From positions 91,140,001 to 91,204,000 of the forward strand of contig OX597817.1 of NCBI GenBank assembly GCA_951406725.2: a DNA stretch of 64,000 nucleotides. The letters run 5' to 3'. Made by a program: the position numbers and the translations under genes. This DNA is from Octopus vulgaris (lineage: Eukaryota). Below, piece after piece: positions 40,968 through 52,599 of the stretch (positions are counted from its first letter, which is position 1; each line of letters starts with the position of its first letter). The notes under the pieces were generated by a model that was not told the origin of the DNA, did no database searches, and was given only the letters and a program-made list of their open reading frames with translations.

Positions 40968-41718
40968 GCAGCTAGCAGGACCCATGAATATTTCACAGAA
41001 TTAATGGTAAGCCTATTGGGTTAATTCTGCAAAACTTAATCCAAAATATCTGAAAGTGTAGCCTGTGTTGTGTCTGTATGGTAAAATAGTCACTCATCTG
41101 CTACTCATTAAAAAATGAAAGAAACTGGAATACAATGATTACTTAATGCACTTTATATATTTATCTACAATTTTATAAACTTAATATACAGCTCTCATAA
41201 AATAAATAGTCACTCTTATTTTTCCATTAAACCCATAAATAAAAAAAAAATATTCTGTACATATGATACAACCTTTAGTTAAATTGCATATATCTGTCAC
41301 ACAAATAAGCATGAATATTTCACGGAATTGCACTTATGCGCATGTGTTAAGTGATAGGTGATATAAAAAACTTAGTTCAATAAAAAAAGAGAACACTTTT
41401 CACTATCCAATCACCACCATCACCATCACCACTATTTCCACTACCATCAAAACCATTATCAGCTCTTTCTCCTCTCTCTCCCCTCTCTCTATGCCTTTCT
41501 TTAACTTCACCATCAGAACATCACCCCTCTGCTAAAATTATATTTTTAACTCTCCTCTAACTTCAACTAACTACTTTAACCACATAATAAATATTACATT
41601 CCCCCTACTTCATGTCATGGACGCTTCACTCTCCCTCTTTTTCTCTCTCTCTTCTCTAATTACATGAAAGTGTTACTAACAGGCTAAGTAAAGCAATTTC
41701 AAGCAGAATTATTATAAG

Positions 41719-41759
<41 letters not shown>

Positions 41760-42305
41760 TGCAGTACCAGGCAGTGGCTCTCATGGCTTCTGATCTTAAC
41801 TGATTGGAAGTGTTATCATGTACATTGTTTTGTCTTGGTATAAAAGATGGGCTACAGCAAATATTCTGCTCAATACCACAGATTTGCTTGTCAGTTGTTT
41901 GACCTTAACCAGTTGACCATGTCCCTTAGTGGCTGACGATATGTGCATCTCTGATCACAAGAAGAAGTAGTGGGGAGCATCATAGCCATATATTGAGAGG
42001 GATTCTTTTGGGTTTGAATAATTCACCTCTGGAAAATATGGGTGCTTTGTTCAACATCCTTAAACAACTCTTATTCAGGGACCTTTTGAGCGGGATGGGT
42101 TACTCGACCAGAAGAAAATTCTAACTGGGCCCCACCTGCAAGATCCTGTGCTGTTTATCTTGATATGAGATCACCATGTTGTGCACATATGGTTGTGATG
42201 CATGTGCCTAGTGTACCTTTGTCAGACAGGTAGTCATGATGGGTTTCTGCGTTTCGTATATTTTATCCCAGTGTAACTTTGATGGCATGTGCTGCCTTCT
42301 CACTC
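41760..42305 (+). mobile_element. (AAT)n-inserted non-coding retroelement 3' piece, longest copy
   Basis: Sits inside a pure (AAT)n array; shares its 3' end with 40705-40924 and 55866-56325. Confidence 0.85.
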
Positions 42306-42306
42306 A

Positions 42307-42356
<50 letters not shown>

Positions 42357-43117
42357 CATTATTATTATTATTTCAAGAATGTTATTGCTATTCTATGCTC
42401 TCATTTCATAACTGAATATAGCTGTATGCAGTATGGCTACATGAGTGGTTTGTGATGATGCTGATGTTGTTGATGTGGTCGATTAGCATCAGGTCAGCCT
42501 TAATCAAGAAGATTTATGATGAAAGATTTAATGTTAACACATTGATTGTTTTGAGCATCAAAAAACTAATTAAAAATGATTGTGAGGTGAGAAAAAGACA
42601 ACATTAGTTCAATGACCAATCACTATTTTAATAATTTGTTGCTCATTATTTTACAGATGTTTGCACTTGCTTAACTATTACTTTACAAGGACATGGTGTC
42701 TCTGAGTACTTGGAATTTATGTCTTCTAATTAAGCTAATTTTTCATGCCACTTCATGTATAATATTATACAAAGGCACAAGCATGGTTGAGTGAGTAAGA
42801 ACTTCAGTTTGCAGTTACTTGGTCCCAGTTTCAATCCTACAGCATGATCACTACATTACACATATTATCATTACCTTAACTATCGTTTGTTTATGTGGAT
42901 GGTGTGTCTAAGTAATTAGTCTCTGTAATCAAAGATGCTTCAATAAGACAGTGATAGTATTTTTTTCAGACATAGTATACCTAAGATTAAAGGAGCTGAT
43001 GCGAGCTTCCATTTTTTTTTTTTAAATTATGATTTTAGTATAATTTAACTGCTATTTCTACTACAGAAGATATATTATTAGCTTAAAGAATATGATATTC
43101 AGTATTATGCTAATGAC

Positions 43118-43345
43118 CAAGCTGGTGAGCTGGCAGAATCATTAGCATACCAGGCAAAATACTTAGCAGCTTTTTGTTCATTTCAATGTTCTGAGTTCAA
43201 ATTCTGCTGAGGTCGACTTTGCTTTTCATCATTTCAGGGTCAATAAAATAAGTATCATTTGAGTACTGGGGGGGGGGGGGGGGTCAATGTAATTGACTTA
43301 CCCTGTACCCTGATATTGCTGGCTTTGTGTGAAAATTGGAAACTA
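43118..43345 (+). mobile_element. SINE family A
   Basis: GAGCTGGCAGAATC...GAGTTCAAATTC...GAGGTCGACTTTGC. Confidence 0.8.
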
Positions 43346-43624
43346 ATATTATTCTAATGATAATGTTAATGATGATATTGTCTTTGCTGTTGTTATTGTT
43401 GTTAAAGATGATAATGGAAATGATGATGATGATGATGATATTGTATGTTGGTGATGGTTGTGGTGATGTCGATGATGATGGTATTGGTGGTGGTTCTAAT
43501 GCTGATGCTGATGATAGTACTGTGATAGTTTAATGAGTTATTTGATGTCATCAGACCAAATTTCATCTGTAAAATTACAGAATGATTGGATTAGGTTGAA
43601 TATTTAGTATTTGGTTACTGTTTC

Positions 43625-43640
43625 AAATCATCATTGTCAT

Positions 43641-43672
<32 letters not shown>

Positions 43673-44072
43673 TCTGTATTGTCATCAACTTTCATTATTT
43701 ATCACTGTCATCATTATCATAATTCTTGTTGTCACTGCTGTCGTCATCATGACCATGATCATGATCATCATTTCATGCTCATCATCATCAGCTGCAGCTG
43801 CATCATGATTATCATCATCATCATCATCAACAACATCGTCATTATTGTCATCAACCTTCATTATTTATCACTGCCATCATTCTCGTAATTCTTGTCATCA
43901 TAGTCACTGTCATCGTCATCATCATCAGCATCATTATTTCATGCTCATCATTGTCATCATGCGTTGCAGCAGCAGCATCATTATGGACATCATCATCATC
44001 ACCTTCATCAATCTTCATTATTTATCATCATTGTCATCACCACAACCACCATCATCATCATCAACTTTCATT
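43625..44072. repeat. Higher-order (~165-bp) repeat built on (CAT)n/(CAG)n
   Basis: TCATCAA...TTCATTATTTATCA recurs at ~43682, ~43848 and ~44005, partially at ~44060. Confidence 0.7.
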
Positions 44073-44974
44073 ATAAGTAATGGTAATGTTTTTATTTTTT
44101 ATTTTAACCTTGTACCTTATTTCTTCTTTCTTCTCTCTCCTTTTCCTTTTTTATTTTGCAAAATCATTAATTCTTTAATTTTGCAATTCTCATTAAACAG
44201 TTCACATGGATTAGAAAATTAATGAATTAACTTTTGGATTTTTTTATTTATTCATTTAAAATATAAAAAAGTAAACTAACTAAAAAAAATCAAAATAAAT
44301 TAATAAAGAGAAAAAAAAACTAATAAAAATTTAATTTGTCTTTCAAAGAATGGCTTCTGTTTCATTGGAGATAACAAAAGAAAAAGAAAAAAAAATCAAT
44401 AATTTAAAAATAAAGAAGGCAACGAAATTCCTTCCAAATTTTACTGTTGCACACCTGTGAGAAATTCTTGGAATTTTGTAAGATCAGTTGGACATTTATC
44501 ACCATAGCCAGAAATGAATTCAGGTGTTGATAAACATAATATTCTATTGACAATACTGTAGCTTTCACTTGGAAATATAATCCTTTTCTTGCAAATCTTA
44601 TTCATATATAAAATAATTATAATATGCTCTTGCTGATTGTTTTTGTTCCAACATACACCACCATCACCACCATCACCTAGTTCTATTCTAATTCTTGCTT
44701 GAATTATACAGGTAAAAATTTGGAATTATCAACTAAATCTTTCCTTCTGCCAAGACTTATATTTTACTTGTTTAGCTCATTATACTGCAGCCATACTGGT
44801 GCATCACCTTGAAGTTGTTTAGTTGAACAAATCAATCCTAGTAATTTTTACTTTTCTAAACCAAGTACTTGTTCTATTGGTCCTTTTGCTGAACCACTGG
44901 TTACCAAGTGATGGTGGGAGACAAACACAAAGGCACACACACACACACTCACACACACTGACACACACGTGTCT

Positions 44975-45330
44975 TCTTCTGCTTCCTTGTTGTCATTAGC
45001 ATTTCTGACTTTCCATACATGACTTCTCAGATGACTGTCCAGTGCCATTGCAGATCTGCATGATTCGAAGCATGGATAACAGATGAAAGCTGTAATTTAT
45101 TGTGTACTTCCAGCTGGTAGGATCAGCACATGTCACCACTCTTCCATTACTGTGGGACTTTCTGTAGACTGAACAACAAATGAGGTCACCATAAAGAAAC
45201 ATCAGTATGTCATTGGATTATAGTGATAAACCCATGTACAGTGTGAATACCTCTCTCTGAGTTTCCATTAGTACCTGGTGACAGGCTGAAGTGAGATGGC
45301 CAGTAATCATGTGGAACCTCAAGTTTTACA
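44975..45330 (-). mobile_element. RTE-like LINE C-terminal remnant
   Basis: FLYGDL, CADPTSWK, and C2H2-like CFESCRSAMALDSHLRSH followed by a GAA-rich tail. Confidence 0.45.
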
Positions 45331-45379
45331 TCAGATTCTTCCTCTCCTAGAAGAATGCTGTGGCAACAGCTAGGGGTCT

Positions 45380-45410
<31 letters not shown>

Positions 45411-45695
45411 CTGGTGGTTTTACTGAGCCCTGACACCAGCTAAGGACATTTCTGCATCTCTGTGGCCAGGTGGATTGTCATTACATATGCTGGTTTATCC
45501 CTAGCTGGGACCCTGATGAGTGCTACTATCTGGGTTAGGGTAGAGCAGGGAACAATTGTGGCTAAGAAGTGATTTTACACTCCGCATTACCCGGTGAAGA
45601 CATTTTGTTCAACACACCCACACATATGTACATACATCCACCCATCCATCCATCCATCTATACATACATACATACATACATACATACATACATAC

Positions 45696-45726
<31 letters not shown>

Positions 45727-45774
45727 CATACATACATACATACATACATACATAAGTTGCAACAATGCTTATAA

Positions 45775-46090
45775 TTGATTCTAATTTAGGCATAACGCCA
45801 GAGGTTTTGAGGTTAGTCAATGACCTTGATTCCAGTGCTTGACTGGTACTGCATTTCATCAACCTCAGGGTAACAAAAAGTAAAGTAGATCTTTGTAGAA
45901 TTTGATTTCAGAACCTAAAATGCCAGAATGGATATTGATTTCAAATTGTAGCACAGAGACTGCAATTTCAGGGGAAGTAATAAGTCAGTTGCAGTGACCC
46001 CAGTGATCAACAGGTACTTATTTTATCAACCCTGAAAGGATGAAAGGCAAAGTTGACCTCGGTAAAATTTGAATTCAGATCATGGAAACA
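45775..46090 (-). mobile_element. Two tandem SINE family A fragments
   Basis: GGTACT...TCAACC....AGG...AAAG.AAAGT.GA occurs twice. Confidence 0.7.
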
Positions 46091-46096
46091 GATCAT

Positions 46097-46255
46097 GGAG
46101 GAGGAGGAGGAGGAAGAAGAAGAAGAAGAAGAAGAAGAAGAAGAAGAAGAAGAAGAAGAAGAAGAAGAAGAAGAAGAAGAAGAAGAAGAAGAAGAAGAAG
46201 AAGAAGAAGAAGAAGAAGAAGAAGAAGAAGAAGAAGACGACGAAGAAGAAGAAGA
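46097..46255. repeat. (GAG)n-(GAA)n trinucleotide tract
   Basis: Directly visible; source of the poly-E/K/R ORF segments. Confidence 0.95.
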
Positions 46256-46937
46256 CTGCATGGAGTTGGCTAGAGTAGATGTAGACTCCTATGTAGGTAG
46301 TAATGAAGAAAGTTTATTAAAAGCTGCTAGAGTCACATCAAGACATAGGGAAACCAAAAACCCAAACAAAGTTAAAAACCAGAAAAAAGAACAGAAATTA
46401 TCTGAGAAGGCACTGCATGGTAGATTCCCAAAGATAGTCACAGCAAATAGAAGTAGTGAGACATGGTTATGGTTGCAGAAAAGAAAGCTGAAGAGGGAGA
46501 CAATAATTTTGTTAGTAACTGCACAAGATCAAACATAAGGACTAATTGGATAAAAGCCAAGATAGACAAAAATCAAGTAGATTCCCAATGTAGATTATGC
46601 AAATCAAAAGAGGGAAGCATTACTCATATAGTAAGCGAATGCAGCATGCTAACCCAGAAAGAATACAAGAAAATACATGACAATTTAGGGAAAGTAATCC
46701 ACTGGGATCTGAACAGATGGATAGTGGAACAGATGGATAGATCTGAACGGATGCATAGAGGAAATAGGCATAAAACCCAGTTTAGTACAGCTCCAGAAAA
46801 CAGTGTTATAAGGGACAGCTAGGATACTTAGGATGGTTCTTGGCATCTAAGGTTACTTGTTGTAGCTTGATGTTAGGATTTTTCCTTTTCCAACGGTCTA
46901 ATCTGTTGAGTGTATATGAAGCAATAATAATAATAAT
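46255..46937 (+). mobile_element. R4/Dong-like LINE 3' end with internal deletion
   Basis: KALHGRF, TWLWLQ, TAQDQ, CRLCKSKEGSITHIVSEC (CCHC), IHDNLGKVIHWDL, LQKTV..GTARILR; (AAT)n tail. Confidence 0.9.
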
Positions 46938-47359
46938 GCTTCAATCTGTAGGAACAGTGAGAATAAGGAGACATTTTTAAAATTCACTAAGTAATACTTG
47001 AGTGTTGTTGTTACATAAATTCTATTGATAAAGTCCTAGCTTTGTTAGAGACCAGTTTTTAAAGCACTACAACAAAATGTCTCAAACAACCCATGACTGA
47101 ATAGGGGAGAAGATATAGATTGAGGATGTTTGTAATGATGATGATGATGATGATGATGAATTTACATATATATATTATAAAATGCCTGTATATACATATT
47201 TATGTGTGTGTGTGTGAGAGAGAGAGACAGAGAGAGAGAGTGTGTGTGTGCATGAATGTATATATATATACATATATATGTACACCTAGCATTCTTTAGA
47301 CTGCATTATATGTGTAAATACATATATAGAAATACAAATGTATGCTTATGCATACATAA

Positions 47360-47665
47360 AAAGGGTGAAGACCTCCTTCAGTCATGAATAACCATGATAT
47401 AAGTCCAGGCTAGGTTGTTATGGAAGACCAGCAGTTGCCCATGCATACCAGCCTCCCCTCACTATGCCACTGATGTTATCCAAGAGAATGGCAAAGGTCA
47501 ATACAGCTTGACATCAGTGATGTCACAACTCATTTCTACAGATGAGTGAACTGGGGCAATGTGAAATAAAGTGTCTTGCTCAAGAACACAAAACACAGCC
47601 CAGTCCAAGAATCAAACTCACTACCTCATGATTGTGAGCCTAACACTCTAACCACTGAGCCATGC
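47360..47665 (-). mobile_element. CORE-type SINE
   Basis: Reverse complement of the 31240-31540 type. Confidence 0.8.
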
Positions 47666-47712
47666 ATGCATACATAAGTCGAAATACAGATCTACAAATA
47701 TAATGACATTCA

Positions 47713-47852
47713 CATTATTTACATTATTTACAATTGACGGATATATATCCTCATCTTGTTTCAGCTGATATACTTTCCAGCCTTCATCAGGTGTCTTGGG
47801 GAAATTTCGAAACTGGGTTCTCATTCCTAAGGCATTTTTCGATGTTGTTATG

Positions 47853-47899
<47 letters not shown>

Positions 47900-47985
47900 C
47901 ACTGCCTGGAATTGAAATCGGAATCTTAGGGTTAGTAGCCCACGCTCTTAACCACTATGCCATATGCCCGTGCCATTTGCCTGTA
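47713..47985 (-). mobile_element. tRNA-headed SINE with internal (AAT)n, hammerhead core, tandem tail and 13-bp TSD
   Basis: A-box TGGCATAGTGG, B-box-like GATTTCAATTCC; CTGATGA-A-GGCTGG...TCAGCT-GAAAC; tail (TGTAAATAA)2; ATAATGACATTCA at 47700-47712 and 47986-47998. Confidence 0.8.
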
Positions 47986-48627
47986 ATAATGACATTCATT
48001 TTCACACACATACACACACACATATATATATATACCATACATGGCCACCTAGTTGAAATTCTTTATATTTCAATGAAAATGCCTTGTTTCTCAGAATGCA
48101 ACCCTTTTGTATGTTGGGGATAAATTTTAAAAAATAAATCATGCCACTAGGCAATATGCTTGCAGTTTATCTATACCGTTCAGCTGTGGTTGAACATATA
48201 ACTTGATACTGTATTGGTAATTACTGATTCTCAGTAAATTATGCACTTCTTTTAACAGGCACTTTATACTGGCAGACTTATGTCTGCAAATGGATGAATG
48301 ATTCCTACTTAACAATTTATTACTTAACAATTTAGTACATACATATCAATTATATACACAGACAGGCATGAGGTGCCACTGCCTCCATTGAATAGAGGCA
48401 GTGTCTCTCTCGGTGATTTTCTATTGGCTGTAGTTGAATTGAATTGAATATGTTGGAAGTGTCCAATATCTGGACTCTAATTTTTCCATTGACAGTGATC
48501 TGAAAAGAAATTTTACTGAAAAATATTTCACTCCATGTAGCTGTTCACTGGAGGGGGTGATGGTGATGAAACTTATTATTCTATCACTGTTGCTGGTCAC
48601 TAGTTTAGTTACATTTATATTATATAT

Positions 48628-48789
48628 AGGTGCAGGCATGGCTGTGTGGTAAGAAGATTGCTTTCCAGCCACATGGTTCTGGATTCAGTCCCACTGCATG
48701 GCACCTTGGGGAAATATCTTTTAATTATAGCTTCAGGCCAACCAAAGCCTTGTGAGTAGAATTTGGTAGATGGAAACTGAAAGAAGCCT

Positions 48790-48831
<42 letters not shown>

Positions 48832-48975
48832 CATACATATATATGTATTTATGTGTGTGTGTGTGTGTGTGTGTTTGTTTCCCACCCATCACTTAACAAC
48901 AATTTCATCAACTAAAACCCTGTAAGGCAGTGTTTCAGCATGGCCACAATCAAATGACTGAAACAAGTAAAATAC
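48628..48975 (+). mobile_element. SINE family C
   Basis: GGTGCAGGCATGGCTGTGTGGTAAG...GGCACCTTGGG...AATGACTGAAACAAGTAAAA. Confidence 0.85.
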
Positions 48976-48978
48976 CTT

Positions 48979-49356
48979 CAAATATGGACCACCACGTCAT
49001 GAAAAAGATCAACAACCTGGTTTCAAAACACCTCAACTGACTTACCAATAATGAAAGAGACTACATCACCAATTTCAAGCTAAAACCCAGCAACTTCTAT
49101 GGCTTGTCAAAAATCCATAAGTCAAAAAGATATTCAGCATGCAATAAAAGAACAAGAATGTGAGTAGATAAAATTACTACATCCAAAAGACTTAAACTTG
49201 GACCTATTATAGCTGATCCAGCACACCCTACCCACCGTCTAAGCAATTTTATTGACGTTGTTTTGAAACTACTATGTACCTACATACCCAGTCTCATCTG
49301 GTATGACACCGACTTCCTGTCCCATCTTCCCAAAACAACTGAAACAAATTCACTCT

Positions 49357-49358
<2 letters not shown>
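48979..49358 (+). mobile_element. Penelope-like element reverse transcriptase fragment
   Basis: SNFYGLSKIHKS...PKDL..PIIADPAHPTHRLSNFIDVVLK...DTDFLSHLP, matching the PLE FYGLPKIHK/RPII motifs; stops and frameshifts. Confidence 0.85.
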
Positions 49359-49383
<25 letters not shown>

Positions 49384-49389
<6 letters not shown>

Positions 49390-49866
49390 GAATTGAAGGC
49401 TTGTGATGCCTGTGGAGTATCTCCTTCTCCCATTACAATTATTTCTGTAGTCTTAAGGAACTGGAACTAGAATAAGAAGTTTACAAGCAGAGTACAATTC
49501 AATAGTTGTTTATATTTTGTTCTTGTTCATGTGGCTCACTCCCAGTGACTGTCTTTATAGCAGCGCATGACTCATTATAGCTCCATTCATGTGAGGTTCA
49601 TTACCTCTGGAGATAACAGGTGAAGTTAGAGCGGGATAAGTATCTGCTGTAAGCCGCCAGCTTGCAGTGTTTCTCAGCATAAGTGAGAAGGAAGAAAAAG
49701 GGTGAATGTCTTAATTCTCCTGCTTATATAGTCATTGCTGATGAGAGTCTCGCTGTCGTCTCGTGCACAGCAAATGGTTGCAGGTGAGATCTCAGTCCTG
49801 TCTCGGACATGGTAATGGCTGCCGGAGAGATCTCATACAAAATGGTGCTGGCTTCTTGTACCTCGC

Positions 49867-49870
<4 letters not shown>
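49384..49870. mobile_element. Unclassified ~490-bp element between (TA)n tracts
   Basis: GC/CpG-richer block with sharp (TA)n borders; minus strand starts TGTAGCG. Confidence 0.4.
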
Positions 49871-49900
<30 letters not shown>

Positions 49901-49903
<3 letters not shown>

Positions 49904-50368
49904 CAAGCAAAAAGTAGTTGTACTAGTAAGTAGTCCACCTCTGCTCGCTATATATTTATAAATTCAAGTGACACACTGTCACTGATCTTGCAACAAGCAA
50001 AAAAGGATAGTTCTATAATCTTTCTAAGAGATGAATGCAGTAATGTTCATAGCCACTGGATGTTCCATTTGAATGGACTTTACTGTGCTTTTTTAACCCC
50101 AAGAGTACATCTCCTCTATCTGGTTAACAATGTACTGCTGCATCCGATATATTGCAAGCAAGGGAATAAATCCCTACCATCTTCTAGTGACAGGACCAGC
50201 AGACCAGTCTGGATTCAGGCTATTTCTGCCTCTCTTCAGTACTGGACACCTCATCTGCTAGAGATGGCAGTAGCTTGCCTTTGCTCACAATATATATAAA
50301 TTCAAGTGGCACACAGTCGCTAATCTTGCAACAAGCAAAAAAGGCTTGTTCTAAAATTTCTCTAAGAA
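49901..50368 (-). mobile_element. Partial-tandem pLTR/retrozyme-like unit with HHR
   Basis: ~100-bp diverged direct repeats at 49929-50029 and 50269-50367 (period ~340 bp); (TA)n on both sides. Confidence 0.65.
50196..50245 (-). ncRNA. Type I hammerhead motif (A15.1 replaced by U)
   Basis: CCAGTA-CTGAAGA-G-AGGC.AGAAATA.GCCT-GAAT.CCAG.A.CTGG.TC-TGCTGG; stems I, II and III all pair. Confidence 0.7.
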
Positions 50369-50429
50369 GTATATGTATATATATATATACTTATTAATAC
50401 ATACATAATGATATACATACGTACCTGTT

Positions 50430-51290
50430 TTAGAACTTGTTGGCATCCTGAATCGTAGTCCTCCTGTTTCAATCCAATGCAAAATTTTTCGTTACATAAG
50501 GCCTGATATATTTCTGCCTCAGCTAACAGCCACACAACACCTGAACAAACATTATAAAAATAAATGAGTACTTTACATGTGTACTCTACAGTGAAATAAC
50601 ATAGATATAGGTGAATAGGCCCTCAATGTACAGCTGGTTAATGTGATCTAGGAATAGCTGGACTAATCTTCATAAAGAGAAGCTTAGAGAAGGAACACTC
50701 ATCATATAACAAGAAATTTATGCATGAATACATATCCTGCAAGTTGGAGAATACCAACAGCATAAGACAAGAATAACTTCTCGTGGATTTGTAATAGATT
50801 CAGCACATCTCACTTTGAAGGATACACCTTTGTTAACAGGAGATAGTTAATAATTCTGATTAACAAAAGAGATAAACATGCTTTTCAAACATATACATTG
50901 TGATAGAAAATGTTGTTTGAGTGATACCAGAGTAGAAGTTATCATCCATATCGTTGGCAGCTGCACTAAAATGTCCTCGAGGTTCAACTGCCTCTCCACA
51001 AGACATGACATTGTTGTCAAAACTATTCATAATGTTATCAGTAAGAAGGATTAATCTTGTTCAAATACATCAAATATTTAATTACAGCCAAGAACACAAA
51101 TTATCTCAAAATTCTAATTTATGTCATTCTTCCAGGCACAGTTCTATATCATGAGGAATATATTCTCAAATAATCTGGATTACATGTTATGCCAGTCAAT
51201 GATGAAAAGTTGTGGCACTAAAAGTATCACAAAATATTGAGATATTACACAGTCTCCAGAAGCTATAGCCTTCACTATGAAGCCTGCAGC
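50430..51290 (+). mobile_element. RLE-type LINE 3' fragment, heavily decayed
   Basis: HFEGY...CDRKCCL....EVIIHIVGSCTKMSSR.....RHDIVVKTI (CCHC knuckle plus RHD motif). Confidence 0.65.
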
Positions 51291-52599
51291 TATTGGTACT
51301 ACTGCCTTTGCTGCTATCTCTGCCATTTTGCAATCTTTTTCAAGTCAGATGCCCTCAAGTGTGTAGCAGTGGCACATCTCCACCAATCCAAGTGGTTCCT
51401 CCAATCAAGTGCCACTTACAGAATAACTTTCTGATCATTGAAAGTCATTGAAACATGGAGGAACATGTAGATTCCATTTGATTATATCTTGCAATAGGTC
51501 ACCGAGACTCATCTACTGTAAGACTGTGAACAACTGTATGACACATTAGCTGTACATCTCCTCACCCGATCATTGAAGCTAAAGCCTAAACACACATTCT
51601 GATGCCCTGTTCTGCCCAATGGAACATGCATTCACAAACTCATTAACCAGAGTTTTTTTCCAGGATCTTTTTGAGAGCATATGGAAGCCACATTTGTACA
51701 TTAAAAATCAAAGGTATGTCACCATCTTCCTCACTTTTCTTGGATAAATTTGTCAAGCAAAGAAACACAACTTTTTTCTAATTTACCTCATTCATTTCTT
51801 CTCCTTTTCTTTAATTTGATTTGAGTGGGTCTTTTCGACCTTGACATTTACAAATGATGCAATGTTATTGTTGTTTGTATTGTTGTTACTGTTTGAACTG
51901 TATTTTTTCCATTCAAGTTAATGTTTCCAATGCTATTAGTTTTGTACTTTCCAGTATACAGCTGTAAATGCTTCAGCTTAAGGATCTGCATGTGTGATTT
52001 AAAAAAAAATTTTATTTTTTATATGAAAATAATTTGGTTCTATGTTTGTTCACATCAAGGAGGTTATTGTTACCACCTGTGTGGCAAGCATCTCTTCCAG
52101 CTACTTCTGAAATGGATATTATCTTACACTGTATGTGAATAATGTAAATATCTGTTTGTCAGCAATATGCAAACAGTAAAAATATCTCAAGTCTTTATTT
52201 TATCTCAATCAATAGGGTGGACCCGCATAAATTCCTAAAATTATCAGTTAGTAAAATTGGAACTGATAAATCCAGCTTCCTTCATAAGATTACTCAGTTA
52301 AAAATAACTTTTTCTTGGAGTACTTATACAATATCTATCAACAAACAACAATTACAATAATAAGGCTTTTTTTTTTTGATGATGGGGGATTACAAACACA
52401 AAATTTAAAATGGTAAGTTCTATTTTGCTATGGGGGGCAATATTGAGTTTAATGCAGGAGTATATCAAATACATACATAAACATTATGTGAAATATATAT
52501 TCATGTATTTGTATATGAAAAGTAGGAAAGACACCTTGGGATCAATTAGGGAAGTCCACACAAATCTACCCTTTGCTAGAGAATAAAACAGAGTGTTAG

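Noticed and set aside
46053-46538. 161-aa ORF with poly-Glu fused to a LINE fragment
   Set aside because: Chance read-through of SINE, (GAA)n and a decayed R4 piece; starts at a non-ATG codon and frameshifts before the zinc knuckle.
49738-49775. CTGATGAG motif (also at ~45513 and minus strand ~19530)
   Set aside because: No downstream GAAA or NUH geometry.
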